A stretch of 64,000 bases of DNA from Octopus sinensis (lineage: Eukaryota), in the NCBI RefSeq assembly GCF_006345805.1, contig NC_042998.1:152396001-152460000 (forward strand). The letters run 5' to 3'. Both the position numbers and the translations under genes were made by a program. The notes under the pieces are model-generated. The model was not told the DNA's origin, searched no databases, and saw nothing but the letters and a program-made list of their open reading frames with translations. Below are positions 13,153-25,577 of the stretch, piece by piece (within the stretch, counting starts at the first letter, position 1; the number at the start of each line of letters is the position of its first letter).

Positions 13153-13684
13153 TGTGTCACTGTATTCTATATACTGGTGTTATGGACATGTTCTTGTTTA
13201 ATTTTTGTTGCAATGGGTCCTTATTGTATTATATTAAGCAAAGAAGAGGGACGTGTCCGCTATTTTTAGCCCCCACCCTGAGACTAGAAGCAAGAAAGAA
13301 AAATGTTACAACTAAATATTTACAACAGAAGGAACTCCACTACAGGCAACCTACGACTAGGTGGTTGAGCTAAACCGGAAGCTGGATTAAATCAAATAAA
13401 TTCTGCTGATAAAGTATTGGTTTGTGAGTAAGAATAGTAGAAATAACTTGCTCAATGTTGATAGCTTGAGCAAACATGAAGCTACAAGGAGGGAAAGTGA
13501 ACTTGCGAACTTCTTACCGACAAAGCCATGCCTGTGGTTAAATAACGTACTACTTAATTCCACAGCCATGCCTCATCAGCCAACAAGTGCCAGTCTTATT
13601 TCCATAAGCATTGTAACAATAAACATTATAAGGTTTACATCTCTCATATTTGCATCTGAATTAATAAAATTACTTTGGCGTTAC

Positions 13685-13805
13685 TACTGCTGCTTCTGTT
13701 GTTGCTGTTGATTTTGCTGTTGATTTTGCTGTTACTGTTGCTGCTGTTGTTGCTGTTGATTTTGCTGTTGATTTTGCTGTTACTGTTGCTGCTGTTGTTG
13801 CTGTT
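13685..13805. repeat. GCT/GTT-rich tandem duplication (about 48-bp unit)
   Basis: ttgctgttgattttgctgttgattttgctgttactgttgctgctgttg occurs twice. Confidence 0.9.
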
Positions 13806-14292
13806 AAGAAGATATTTCTCTGTATTTTATCAAATATCAAAGTTCTTACTACACATCCACGCCTGTTTAATTTCATTTTTATTGACTTAATTATTCTCCC
13901 TTTGTTAATTCGTATTTATTTCGTGCTATATGTGATGGCAAGTGGCCCTGAAGGCTTTTCTTAATAGGGACACCAACCCTGACCTAATGCCTGTATCTGT
14001 GCTTTAATTAATCTCTTGCATGTTACTGTGGCATTTACTTACTCTCTTCAAGGGTTGATTCGCCTCAATCCCATGTTTGAACTATTTTAAAAGTTTTTCT
14101 CTGTGTCCTTCACGTTCTTGGTGCAACATGTGAGCTTAAGAAGTTTTATGTTGGCCATAAAAACCATCACCCAGTTCATTAAGGGTATTAAAATAACGCA
14201 GGATAATTAATGCTATATGACAAACCTGTTCAAAAATCTTTAACCAAGAACCTGGTCAAATTGAAAAACAGACTCTATCTCTATCTATCTAT

Positions 14293-14340
<48 letters not shown>

Positions 14341-15410
14341 TAGACTAAGAGTGAGAGTCACGGACAGACATACAGACAGACAGACAGAGAGACAAGTGAA
14401 ACAGAAGATTTTTTAGAGATATATGATCACCGTCCTGTCATAGTTTTCATTAAGTGTACAATGGCACCTCCACGTGACAGCTCCACCGGTTGGCAAAATC
14501 AATCAAATTTTCCTCAAATCAAGCCATCTTAGAAAGAAGAAAGCTTTCAATAATGCTAACCTAAGTGTACTAAAAAAGACGAGATGGTCATGGCTGGAAT
14601 ATTTTTCTTCCTATGTGTACTTTATAAGGGCTGAGCTGGAAAACAACAGTATGACTTGCTTTTCTTCAACCTTCTTCATTGGTCAAGGCTGTCTACCTAA
14701 ATTATCCAAAGAAATAGTTTTCGGCTAATTTATAAACAAAGAGTACAAACAAACTTGGTGGAAAATGTTACTGATATAAAGTGGTTTTCCCCATGATACA
14801 AATAAAGTGGTTTTCTCCATGATACTGGATACATCTGATATTCTGAAGGAATTGGGAGAAAAATATATTTACACCAGGTTAAATATTGATTGGGAATAAT
14901 ATTTTCTAAGGGTTCTGGAAAACTTGCTTTTGATATTTTAAATGTAGTAATCAATGGAAATAGAATAAAAACGTAAAAAGAACGCAGTTATTTTGCGATT
15001 GCCCAATACATTGTCTCCTTACAATGCTAACTTTGTATATATTTTCATTCAATGCTCCTCTCAAAAATTCTCAAACGATTCCCTTTTAAGGAAACAATCA
15101 GGTTATCGATGCAAAAAGAATTTTGTAAGATATAAATTAGTTTTGGTAATGAGACTCTTGGTATGTGGGAGTGCTCACGAAAATGGGATGTTATATAACT
15201 CATTTCCTGTTCAGTAACGTTTCTTATTGATTCACATTTAACTTGGCCCACAGAGATATGTATGTATATATATATATATATATATTACATATATATATAC
15301 ATATATATATATATATTCACATATATACATATATGGGCATGTATATAAACGTATATGCATATGTATATACATATAAATACATACATATATACATATATGT
15401 TCATATATAT

Positions 15411-15443
<33 letters not shown>

Positions 15444-16137
15444 CATACATACATACATACATACACACACACATACATACATACATACATACATACATAC
15501 ATACATACATACATACATACATACATACATACATACACATATGCATTTGTGTGTGTGTGATTTGACGATTCTAATATTGCAGGATAATTTATTACATCTA
15601 GGACTGCTAAAAAGTCAATATTTTACGAAGTTAACCTTTAATTTATTTTCTCAATTCTTGTAACATAATCCATATTTCTATCAAAATAGTTATTATCCAA
15701 TTGTTAAACTAAAATAATACGTAATCCTATTTGTAGTAGTTGCTATCCCAATAACTGTGTTATCCAAACACCAAACAATCAGTTCAAATCCAAACACCAA
15801 ATAATCAGTTCAAATCTTAAAATATTTTATAAAACTGGTTCAACTAAAAGATAGTGAAATAAAATACGGTACCCAAGGAAACTGATGTTGACTTGCATCG
15901 GTTGTTATTGGTTTCTACCATTATTTTTCTCTCTGAAGAATGAAAAATATCCGAAACGTTGGATTTTTCTTCACGCCAAAAATAATCGATTGTAATTTTT
16001 TCCACAAATTGTTAAGAGGTTGTCATGGTCAACCATGTATTTTGTCACTGAAACTTTAACGGTGTTTCTGCTTTATATAAATGTGTGTATTTATGAATGT
16101 GCGTGTGTGTCTGTGCATTTGTTTGTGTATCTGTGTG

Positions 16138-16193
<56 letters not shown>

Positions 16194-16313
16194 AAAAATT
16201 GTAAAAGATATATGTATACGTTAGGCTATAGCTGAAGCACAGATCTTTATCACCTCTCTCTTTTCCTCTGCCTCCTTCTCTTTGTCCCTCTTTCTCACTC
16301 TCACTCTCTCTTT

Positions 16314-16374
<61 letters not shown>

Positions 16375-16745
16375 CCATTCAGTTAGTTATGGAGTTACTT
16401 ATAAAATATGTTATAATTAATTAAATTATCAAGACAGTGATTGTGTGTTTATGTGTGTGCGTGTGTGTGTACGAAACATACATTTATCCTCCAAGTGTAA
16501 ACTGACCACGTGGTTAAACGAGGTTAAGAATTTTTCCAACAACGAATGTACCCCTTAACTAAAAGAAGGATTATACCATAGAGTTTTACGTTTGCCGCTT
16601 TTGCATATATTTCTGTTATTGTTATCTTACCCTTAAAACAAACATCACTTAGTTTTAGTGATTTTCCATATTGTTGATCTATCGTAAGGGAATTTTCGTC
16701 GTACGAGACACTAAATAAATAGAGGCTAGTATTTAGGGAGACATA

Positions 16746-16960
16746 AGGCGGTGAACTGGCAGAATCGTTAGCACGCCGGACAAAATGCTAAGTAGCATTT
16801 CGTCTGTCCTTACGTTCTGCGTTCAAATTCCGCTGAGGTCGACTTTGCTTTTCATCCTTTCGGAGTCTATAAAGTGAGGACCAGTTGAGCACTGGGGTCG
16901 ATGTGATCAATTTAACCCCTCCCGGAAATTGCTGGTTTTGTGCCAGAATTTGCAACCAAT
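16746..16960 (+). mobile_element. SINE family B (tRNA-derived head, conserved central domain)
   Basis: aggcggtgaactggcagaatcgttagc...gttcaaattcc (A/B-box-like), then gaggtcgactttgcttttcatcctttcggagtc. Confidence 0.9.
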
Positions 16961-17259
16961 ATTTAATGAGACATTCAAGTTTTTTTTATTGTTGTTTTTA
17001 TGCGGCATTATATAAATTTAAATTTTGTAAAGAAAATAGAACATTTTAAAGTTGTGTTGACTCTGATTTTAGTTTCAGATCCTCGAAAAACGTCAATCTG
17101 TTTCTTATTTATAAAAATAACGATAATAATGAAGATGCTGTCGTCACCGTGTAAACCACCTTTTAAGGATTTAAGTTCAATGTATATTAAGTGAAATATA
17201 TAGGAATAGATTAATTCGTGTCTCTTGCTTCTATTTATCGACGAAAGATGTAAGCATTC

Positions 17260-17441
17260 CTTTCTCTGTCATGGTCAATGCGACGATCACACGCTACACA
17301 CGTTCCTGTAAACACAGGAAGTGAGCTTGAACGTTAAAACTTAGTGCGCATGCACGGCTGAGTTCAAGGTCTATCTGTGCCAAGCGGTTTCCCTCTGCGT
17401 GTTACTATGGCAACAGTCCAGATACTTATCGATCAGACCAC

Positions 17442-17442
<1 letters not shown>
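17260..17442 (-). mobile_element. Duplicate of the mariner 5' end at 19160-19342
   Basis: Appears identical at offset 1900; ends in the TIR followed by (AT)n. Confidence 0.95.
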
Positions 17443-17483
<41 letters not shown>

Positions 17484-17943
17484 CACGCGAGGCAGTTAAC
17501 CAATGGCTAGAGATTTCGAATTGATGATGCGTTCGAAAGGCTTAACCAAGGGCTCCATTGTTCTCAGATTGCCATACAAAACAAACAAATAAAAAGAAAC
17601 TAATTGAAAGACGCTGTAAAAATTACGAATTATTCAGTGAAGCTACAGATACAAGAGACAGTATCATTACTGATGGCTAAAATATGTCAAACATGAATGT
17701 ATCCATTTTCAAAATAAACACAAAAACCATACGCATACAAATAACGATGGAACAAACAGAATACTTTGGAGATATGTCTGTATAAAATAACAAAAGAAAT
17801 CTAAACCGATTCTTTTGATATCAATCTCAAGAACAAAAGAAAGTCATAGAAAAATTAGGAAAACAATTTCGAAGTGTAATTTATCAATATTTTTTCCTGG
17901 TGTCATGTAATTTGTGTAATATATTGAGTTATTGTGTAATGAG

Positions 17944-17981
<38 letters not shown>

Positions 17982-17992
17982 TCTTCGATTTC

Positions 17993-18054
<62 letters not shown>

Positions 18055-18074
18055 GAAAACGAAGAGTGTATATA

Positions 18075-19341
18075 TGAGGTCTAATCAATAAGTATCCGTA
18101 CTGGTTCTATTAAAACAAAACTACTACACATACCAATATGGCATTTAATCTGCTTTAAAGTAGTCCCTTCGGAAGCCACACACTTAATCCAGTGCTTTTG
18201 CATTGATGGAAGTATTCCTAGAACTCGTTTTCTAAGATAATCAGCAGCTGTCTCGTCGCATTTATTTTGATTTCCTCAGTGTCCTGAAGTCTTCTTCCTT
18301 TCAAGAGGGATTTGATTTTTAAAAAGCGGGAAAAGTCGCTTGGGGTTAGATCAGGGGATTACGGTGACTGCCGAACCTCGAGAATGTTGTCTAGCAAAAA
18401 ACTGCTGCTGAATGGGACATGTGCGTTGTCATGGTGCAATTGCCACTCATCAGATGCATGTAATTATGACCTTTTCCAACGAATAGCATCCCGCAAAACG
18501 TCATAGTAGTTCTCCTTATTTATTGTCTGACCAGGTGGAACATACTTATGATGAACAATCCCCTTGTAGAAAACGGTCAACAAAGTCTTCACAGTGATTC
18601 GACTCATTCATATTTTCTTCGGTCTCAGAGAAGTTGGGGTTCTTCCATTGCAAAGACTGAGCCTTTGTTTCGGGGTATTAGCCATAGACTCACGATTCAT
18701 CAACCGTTATGAACGTTTCCAGAAAGTTTTCATAGTTTTCGATACTATCAAGGAGATCTTGTGCAACTGAAACCCGAGTGTCTTTTTGGTCAACTGAAAG
18801 CAGTTTTTGCACAAACTTGGCAGACACGCGACTCATACCCAAATCTTCAGTGATAATGGACTGAACTGAACCGTAACTAATCTGCACATCCTCTGATAAT
18901 GCACGGATGGTGATTCGACGATTTACCCTCAAAGCTGCACACACATCTGCAATGTTTTTCTCAGTTCTGCTGGCTACGGGTCTTCTAGAACGTTCATCAC
19001 TACCGACATATTTTCGGACATTGTAGAAACGCCTGAACCACTCGTACACTTGTGTGTAGCTTATACCTTCCTCTCCATGCACTTTCTGCAACTTTAAGTA
19101 GGCTTCTGAGCAGATATCGCCAAGCTTTTGGCAAAATTTGATGCAGATTCTCTACTCAGCTTTCTCTGTCATGGTCAATGCGACGATCACACGCTACACA
19201 CGTTCCTGTAAACACAGGAAGTGAGCTTGAACGTTAAAACTTAGTGCGCATGCACGGCTGAGTTCAAGGTCTATCTGTGCCAAGCGGTTTCCCTCTGCGT
19301 GTTACTATGGCAACAGTCCAGATACTTATCGATCAGACCAC

Positions 19342-19342
<1 letters not shown>
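18075..19342 (-). mobile_element. Mariner transposon, full-length size, decayed
   Basis: Diverged TIRs tgaggtctaatcaataagtatcc and cgtggtctgatcgataagtatct with TA flanks. ORF 18690-19091 has YTQVYEWFRRF and SAKFVQKLL...FITVDES. Confidence 0.95.
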
Positions 19343-19410
<68 letters not shown>

Positions 19411-19424
19411 TATATGTATGTATC

Positions 19425-19797
19425 GTGGCAGCCCGTCGGTTACGACGACGAGGGTTCCAGTTGATCCAATCAACGGAACAGCCTGCTCGTGAAATTAACG
19501 TGCAAGTAGCTGAGCACTCCACAGACACTTGTGCACTTAACGTAGTTCTCGGGGATATTCAGCTTGACACATAGTGTGACAAGGGTGGCCCTTTAAAATA
19601 CAGGTACAAGAGAAGTAGGAAGAAAGAGTGAGAGAAAGTTGTGGTGAAAGAGCACAGCAGGGTTCGCCACCACCCCTGTCTGAGCCTTGTAGAGCTTTAG
19701 GCGTTTTCGCTCAATAAATATTCTGGTCTTGGAATCTAAACCGCGATCCTACGACTGCGAGTCCGCTATCCTACACACTGGGCTATTCGCCTCCACA
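19425..19797 (-). mobile_element. SINE family C (tRNA-derived)
   Basis: The minus-strand head gtggaggcgaatagcccagtg...ggatcgcggtttagattcc has A/B-box-like spacing; a LINE-like tail follows. Confidence 0.7.
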
Positions 19798-19818
19798 TAT
19801 AGTGTGTGTGTGTGTGTC

Positions 19819-20210
19819 CAGGAGTGGCCGTATGGTAAGTAGCTTGCTTACTAACCACATGTTTCTGGGTTCAGTCCCACTGCGTGACACCTTGACCAAG
19901 TTTCTTCTACTTTAGCCTCGAACTGACCAAAGCCTTGTGAGTGGATTTGGTAGACAGAAACTGAAAGAAGCCCGTCGCATATATATGTGAGTGTGTGTGT
20001 GTGTGTGTGTGTATTTCTGTATTTGTCCCCCACCTTCGCTTGACAACCGATGTTAGTGTATCTACGTCCCCGTAACCTAGCAGTTGGGCAAAGAGGCCGA
20101 TATAACAAGTACTAGGCTTACAAAGAATAAGTCCTAGGGTCGATTTGTTCGACTAAAGGCTGTGCTCCAGCATGGGCGTAGTCAAATAAATGAAACAAAT
20201 AGAAGAATAA
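19819..20210 (+). mobile_element. SINE family A
   Basis: caggagtggccgtatggtaag...aaagccttgtgagtggatttggtagacagaaactgaaagaagcccgtcg...gtgctccagcatgg. Confidence 0.95.
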
Positions 20211-20261
20211 TACAGTAAAGTATATATATATCAAAATAAGCAACAAGGATATCCAAGGTAG

Positions 20262-20349
20262 TGTAGTACAATCGTTTCATGCTACTTCATTTTAATAAAC
20301 AATGTAAGTATTACATCAGTTTTAAAATGTAGAGCACTCTTCAGCCACA
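20262..20349 (-). ncRNA. Type I hammerhead ribozyme, canonical core
   Basis: Minus strand: tgtgg-CTGAAGA-gtgctctacatttta...taaaatgaagtagcat-GAAA-cgattg-TA-ctaca. Confidence 0.85.
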
Positions 20350-21402
20350 TATAGAATTTTTTAATTAAATAGACTATGTTCATTTTTATACTTATTCCAT
20401 TTGCCAACATTACAAAGAGGCCAGATATATAAACAGAGAGGTTAATTTTATCATTAAGAACATGGTAGTAGAAGGTCCTTCTCCATCTGTAGATTTTTTA
20501 TCACCGAGTTCAATTTGCTATTTAGATTTATTAATGGGGGGGGGGTCTTTATTTGGTTCAATGGAGACAAACAAGAATTTTTTCTATTTATAGATTGAGG
20601 AAGGGGTAGCACAAATGTCAGAGCCATAAATTCATCCTCATAATGAGGAATTTAACTTAAACATATATGAATGTATTTTAGCTAAAGTTAGTAAGCTGAA
20701 GCTAGTGGAGTAGGGGGAATAGAGACTACTAATGCTCTAGAGATTTCTAATGTCCCTTACCATTTAACAGTCATAATTTTGTTTGCGAATTTTAAATAAA
20801 TATCTTTCAGATAGCTTTTTCCAAAGGATTCTAATAAATTTTAGTATCTTATACACGGATAGAAAATATAGAAATCATTTTATATTTCTATAAATATATA
20901 TATATCAATTTCTATTAATATAGATTCATTTTATTAATGAGTTAAATTAAAAGAATATGCTAGACATAATATTTATTAACTGTAAAAAAAAGAAGAACAT
21001 TATCAATTAGCAAATATATCAAGAGTCTATAAGATATATAAAAAAATGTAATGAATGGGAGATAATCAAGATGAACTAAATAATTTCACTAGATACGTAG
21101 AATTTATGCAACCCTATAGAGGAAAGTATGGCTTTGACATTTGTGCTACCCGTTCCTCTATCTATAAATAGAAAATTTCTTGTTTGTCTCCATTGAACAA
21201 AAAAAACCCATCCCCATTGATAAATCTAAATAGCAAAGTGAACTCAGTGGTAAAAAATCTACAGATGGAGAAGGACCTTCTACTACCATGTTCTTAATGA
21301 CGAAATTAATCTCTCTGTCTATATATCTGCCCTCCTTGTAATGTTGGCAAATGAAATAAGTATAATAATGTACATTGTCCATTTAATTAAATAAATTCTA
21401 TA

Positions 21403-21490
21403 TGTGGCTGAAGATTGCTTTACATTTTAAAACTGATGTAATACTTACATTATTTAATAAAATGAAGTAGCATGAAACGATTGTACTACA
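21403..21490 (+). ncRNA. Type I hammerhead ribozyme, canonical core
   Basis: tgtgg-CTGAAGA-ttgct...agcat-GAAA-cgattg-TA-ctaca. Confidence 0.8.
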
Positions 21491-21612
21491 CTACCTTGGA
21501 TATCCTTGTTGCTTATTTTTATTATAATCACCCCATTTGATTTATATGGATAATACATACCACATTCTGGTGCCTTTAACTTAAGTACCATATTCATCTA
21601 AATCTAAATTTA

Positions 21613-21648
<36 letters not shown>

Positions 21649-21680
21649 TGTATGTATGTATGTATGTATGTATGTATATA

Positions 21681-24191
21681 CAGGGTGCGTAAAGTATTTG
21701 AGGACATACTTTTTTTTATCATTGGAGCATTTTTTGCTAACTCTATATAATCTTTGTTTCAGAAAATAATAATGGCAGACCCTCAGCTTACTCAAGAAAT
21801 GAAGTGGCATGTATAACGATTTAGAAATATCTCGATTTTTAAAAGTTGCCAGATCTTTCGTCTACAAAGTTTGTAAAGAGCTAGAGACAGAAGATAGAAA
21901 CGGTTCACAAGTATCAAAGCATAAAAAAATATTCTAAACACTCTGAAGTCATCAGAACACTTGAATTTATCAAGCAAGTTCAACAGATCATTAATTACAA
22001 TCCCAGAAAGTCCATGAAGTCAATTGTGAAAGATCTCCATGTGTCAGAGGGAACAGTCAGAAATGTTGTCTAGGAAGATATCAGATATAAATCTTATATG
22101 ATGAGGAAAGGGCAATTTGTCAGAAAAAGTAAAAGCAAATCACTACATCAGATCTAAAGGGCTCGTAAACAAACTGAAAACTCCAACAGAAGGTTTCATT
22201 TGGTTTTTCTCAAACGAGAAAAACTTCGACCAAGTTCAAAAAGTTAACAGAAGAAATGACAGATGGTTATGTGCAGATCCTTCTGAAGTTCCAAGTGTTA
22301 TGCATACAAAATTTCCTGCAACTGTCATGATTTTTAAGGGTTGCCAGCAATGAAGGACATGTGATGCCTCATTTACTTCTTTCCACTAGGCTTTAGAGTT
22401 AACTCTGCGACCTACATTGAGGTCCTGAAAATAATTGTCAAGCCCTGGATAGACAATGTATGCAATTGAAGGCCTTATGTGTTTCAATAAGACTCTGCAC
22501 TAGTAACACAGGAATGGATATTTGAAACTTTTCATGATCACATAACCCCTAATATTTGGCCTCTTAATTTCCCAGATCTCAACCTATTGGACTATTATAT
22601 GTGGAACGTTGTTGAGAGAGAGGCCAATGGACACACCCATAACACCAAAGTTTCTTTGAAAGCTGCCATCATCAGGGTAATGTCCCAAAGGAACCAAGAC
22701 CACATGATTCGAGCATGTATATGATTTAGATCTCATATAGAAGCAGTTGTTGAAGCTGAAGGTGACTTTATTGAATAACATTATAGAAAAGGTTTATTTT
22801 ATCCTCATAGCATTTTTTGATAAACAAAGTTATTACGAGGGGCGTTCAATAAGTAATGCCCCTGACCCACTTCCCATAGCAGTAGAGCAACGAAACTTGG
22901 AACAGTTATTAGTCTTTTTCTACATAGGAACCACACAGAGTTACGCATTTCTCCCATCGTTTGATGCAGCTCTGAAGACCGTTTTTGTAGAAGACCCCAG
23001 CTTGGTCCTCCAACCACGACGTGACTTCAGAAATCAAGGATGCATCATCTGGGAAACGCTTTCCTTTCAAAAACAACTTCATGGCTGGGAAGAGGTGAAA
23101 ATCAGAGGGTGCAAGGTCAGGAGAGTAGGGGGGATGTAGGATGAGTTCATAGCCGCACGCCTGTGCTTCTGATCTGGCGACACGCGAGTTGTGGATCGGA
23201 GCGTTGTCCTGCAGGAGGAGGATGCCTTTGCTGATCTTGCCCCGCCTCTTGATTTTGATAGCTTCTCTTAATTTCTTCAAAAGTGAAGCATAATAGACTC
23301 CTGTAATTGTGGCACCCTTTGCCAGGAAATCTGTCTTCACTACTCCGTCCTGGTCCCAGAAGACTGTAAGCATGACCTTGCCAGCGGAGGGCTGCACCCT
23401 TGCCTTCTTTGGAGGAGGTGAGTCACGGTGCTTCCACTGCATTGACTGGGCTTTGGTCTCTGGATCATCGTGATGGACCCAGGTCTTATCCTATGCAATC
23501 AGTCTTTTGAAAAATTTTGACTCATCTTCTTGGCACATCTCCAAATTCATCCTCGAGCAATCGACGCGTTCTTGCTTCTCGAAAGGTGTGAGCAACCTGG
23601 GAATCCATCTGGCAGACACCTTTTGCATATGCAAATGGTCATGAATGATAGTTTCCACAGACCCGGTACTAATCTTGACCTCATGGGCTATTTGGCGAAT
23701 AGTTATGCGTCGATCTTCCAAAATGGCAGCCTCAACTTGACAGACAGATGCCTCATCAATGGCAGAAGGGGGCGACCAGATCTGGGAGCTGTTTCCACAG
23801 AGTTCCGACCATGTTTGAATTCACGATGCCAGCGTTTTACAAGGTCATATGATGGGGCATCATCACCATAAGTTACTTTCATTTCATCAAAAGTCTCCCG
23901 TGGTGTGCGTCCTTTCAAATGCAAAAATGGATCACTGCTCGACACTCAACATGTTCCATTTCACACTTGACTCAGTTCAAACACCTGTAAATCGGAAACC
24001 ACAATTAGTTCAGAGCTGTAATTTGCCACTTAATCTATAGAGATATAAATAATTGCACATGCAAAATTTCAGCTAGATCAAACAACTGCAAGTGGGTCAG
24101 AGGCATTACTTATTGAACGCCCCTCGTATATGTTATTATATATCTGTTTTTTATAAACATAAATCTGTCCTCAAATATCTTACGCACCCTG
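21681..24191 (+). mobile_element. maT/DD37D-like transposon interrupted by a mariner
   Basis: TIRs cagggtgcgtaaagtatttgaggaca and tgtcctcaaatatcttacgcaccctg with TA flanks. Peptides FFSNEKNFDQVQKVNRRNDRWL and a WPLNFPDLNLLDYYMW-like motif. The subfamily call is from motif recall. Confidence 0.85.
22836..24126 (-). mobile_element. Mariner (DD34D), 1291 bp, nested
   Basis: TIRs cgaggggcgttcaataagtaatgcc on both ends with a TA duplication. ORF pieces 23703-23945, 23491-23721 and 22909-23442 include LLQDNAP and YSPDLAPSDFHLF. Confidence 0.97.
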
Positions 24192-24321
24192 TATGTGTAT
24201 GTGTATATATAACCAAGACATTTGAAATTTTATCCCTAATGTAATCGGTAAAACTAAGCACGTGTCTGTCTTGGCACGGAAGGCTTGGGGTTAGTTTTTC
24301 AGTTTACATTTACAATGAACG

Positions 24322-24397
24322 AATGCACTGATGAAGCACGGACATTTGAATTATGTAAGTAATTCTTTTGTTAAAGGCCGAAACCGAGGTATGCATT
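24322..24397 (+). ncRNA. Type I hammerhead ribozyme, canonical core, imperfect stem II base
   Basis: aatgca-CTGATGA-agc...gaatta/taattc...ggcc-GAAA-ccgagg-TA-tgcatt. Confidence 0.75.
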
Positions 24398-24664
24398 TAA
24401 TTCTGTTTTTTATATAAATTTTCATCTGTCCTGCCCGCCAAATTTGGTTCTGGTGTTCGCTGAATTTTTCCCCTAGAAAATTCCTTTGTAGTTTGATCGT
24501 TGATGATCTGTTTCTAGCATACGGCCGACTTCCTAGCAGTCAAGCCCTGCCAATATACACATATATTAGAATTTTCTCTGACTTCTCAGATTTTTTGTAT
24601 GCTAGACTACTGGTTTTAAATTGATATTAAAATTAATATTAATTTATCTCCCTCATTATTTAAA

Positions 24665-24695
<31 letters not shown>

Positions 24696-24886
24696 CATGC
24701 GATCAAATGTTAGGTTTAAGTGCAATTTTGCATGAGAATATCATTTTATATTTTATATGGGGCTGTAATTTGCAATGTCAATAAAGCCTTCAGGCAGTAG
24801 GTAGTTTTTTAAAAAAATAAATAGCTTAGATTGGGACCTATCTTTTAAAATTAATAATTTAGACACATAAAGAAACAGACTCTTTC

Positions 24887-24926
<40 letters not shown>

Positions 24927-24934
24927 ACACACAT

Positions 24935-24989
<55 letters not shown>

Positions 24990-25098
24990 TACATACATGT
25001 ACATATGTATATATATACACACATACATACACACGTATATATACATATATACATATATACATATATACATATATACATATATATATTATATATGTATA

Positions 25099-25148
<50 letters not shown>

Positions 25149-25249
25149 TATACATATATAATATATATATGTATATATGTATATATGTATATATGTATAT
25201 ATACGTGTGTATGTATGTGTGTATATATATACATATGTACATGTATGTA

Positions 25250-25280
<31 letters not shown>

Positions 25281-25290
25281 CCATGTGTGT

Positions 25291-25386
<96 letters not shown>

Positions 25387-25577
25387 GGAAGAGTCTGTTT
25401 CTTTATGTGTCTAAATTATTAATTTTAAAAGATAGGTCCCAATCTAAGCTATTTATTTTTTTAAAAAACTACCTACTGCCTGAAGGCTTTATTGACATTG
25501 CAAATTACAGCCCCATATAAAATATAAAATGATATTCTCATGCAAAATTGCACTTAAACCTAACATTTGATCGCATG
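24696..25577. repeat. Near-perfect palindrome of about 880 bp centred on (TA)n
   Basis: catgcgatcaaatgttagg at 24696 mirrors cctaacatttgatcgcatg ending 25577. The internal microsatellite pattern is also mirrored; only (TATC)n length and about 2 bases differ. Confidence 0.95.

Larger units (their letters stand above)
20233..21519. mobile_element. Fold-back PLE-terminus-like element with two outward-reading HHRs (arms 20233-20628 and 21127-21519)
   Basis: Arms of about 395 bp are visibly diverged reverse complements. The same family occurs at 41530-42433. Confidence 0.9.

Noticed and set aside
14430-14990. Coding-looking composition on minus
   Set aside because: Stops in all frames and no recognisable domain.
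15925-15970. CTGAAGA...tccGAAAcgttgg
   Set aside because: Stem II, the UH site and stem I are not formed; at best a heavily decayed remnant.
17515-17550. TTGATGA...GAAA
   Set aside because: No consistent stems.
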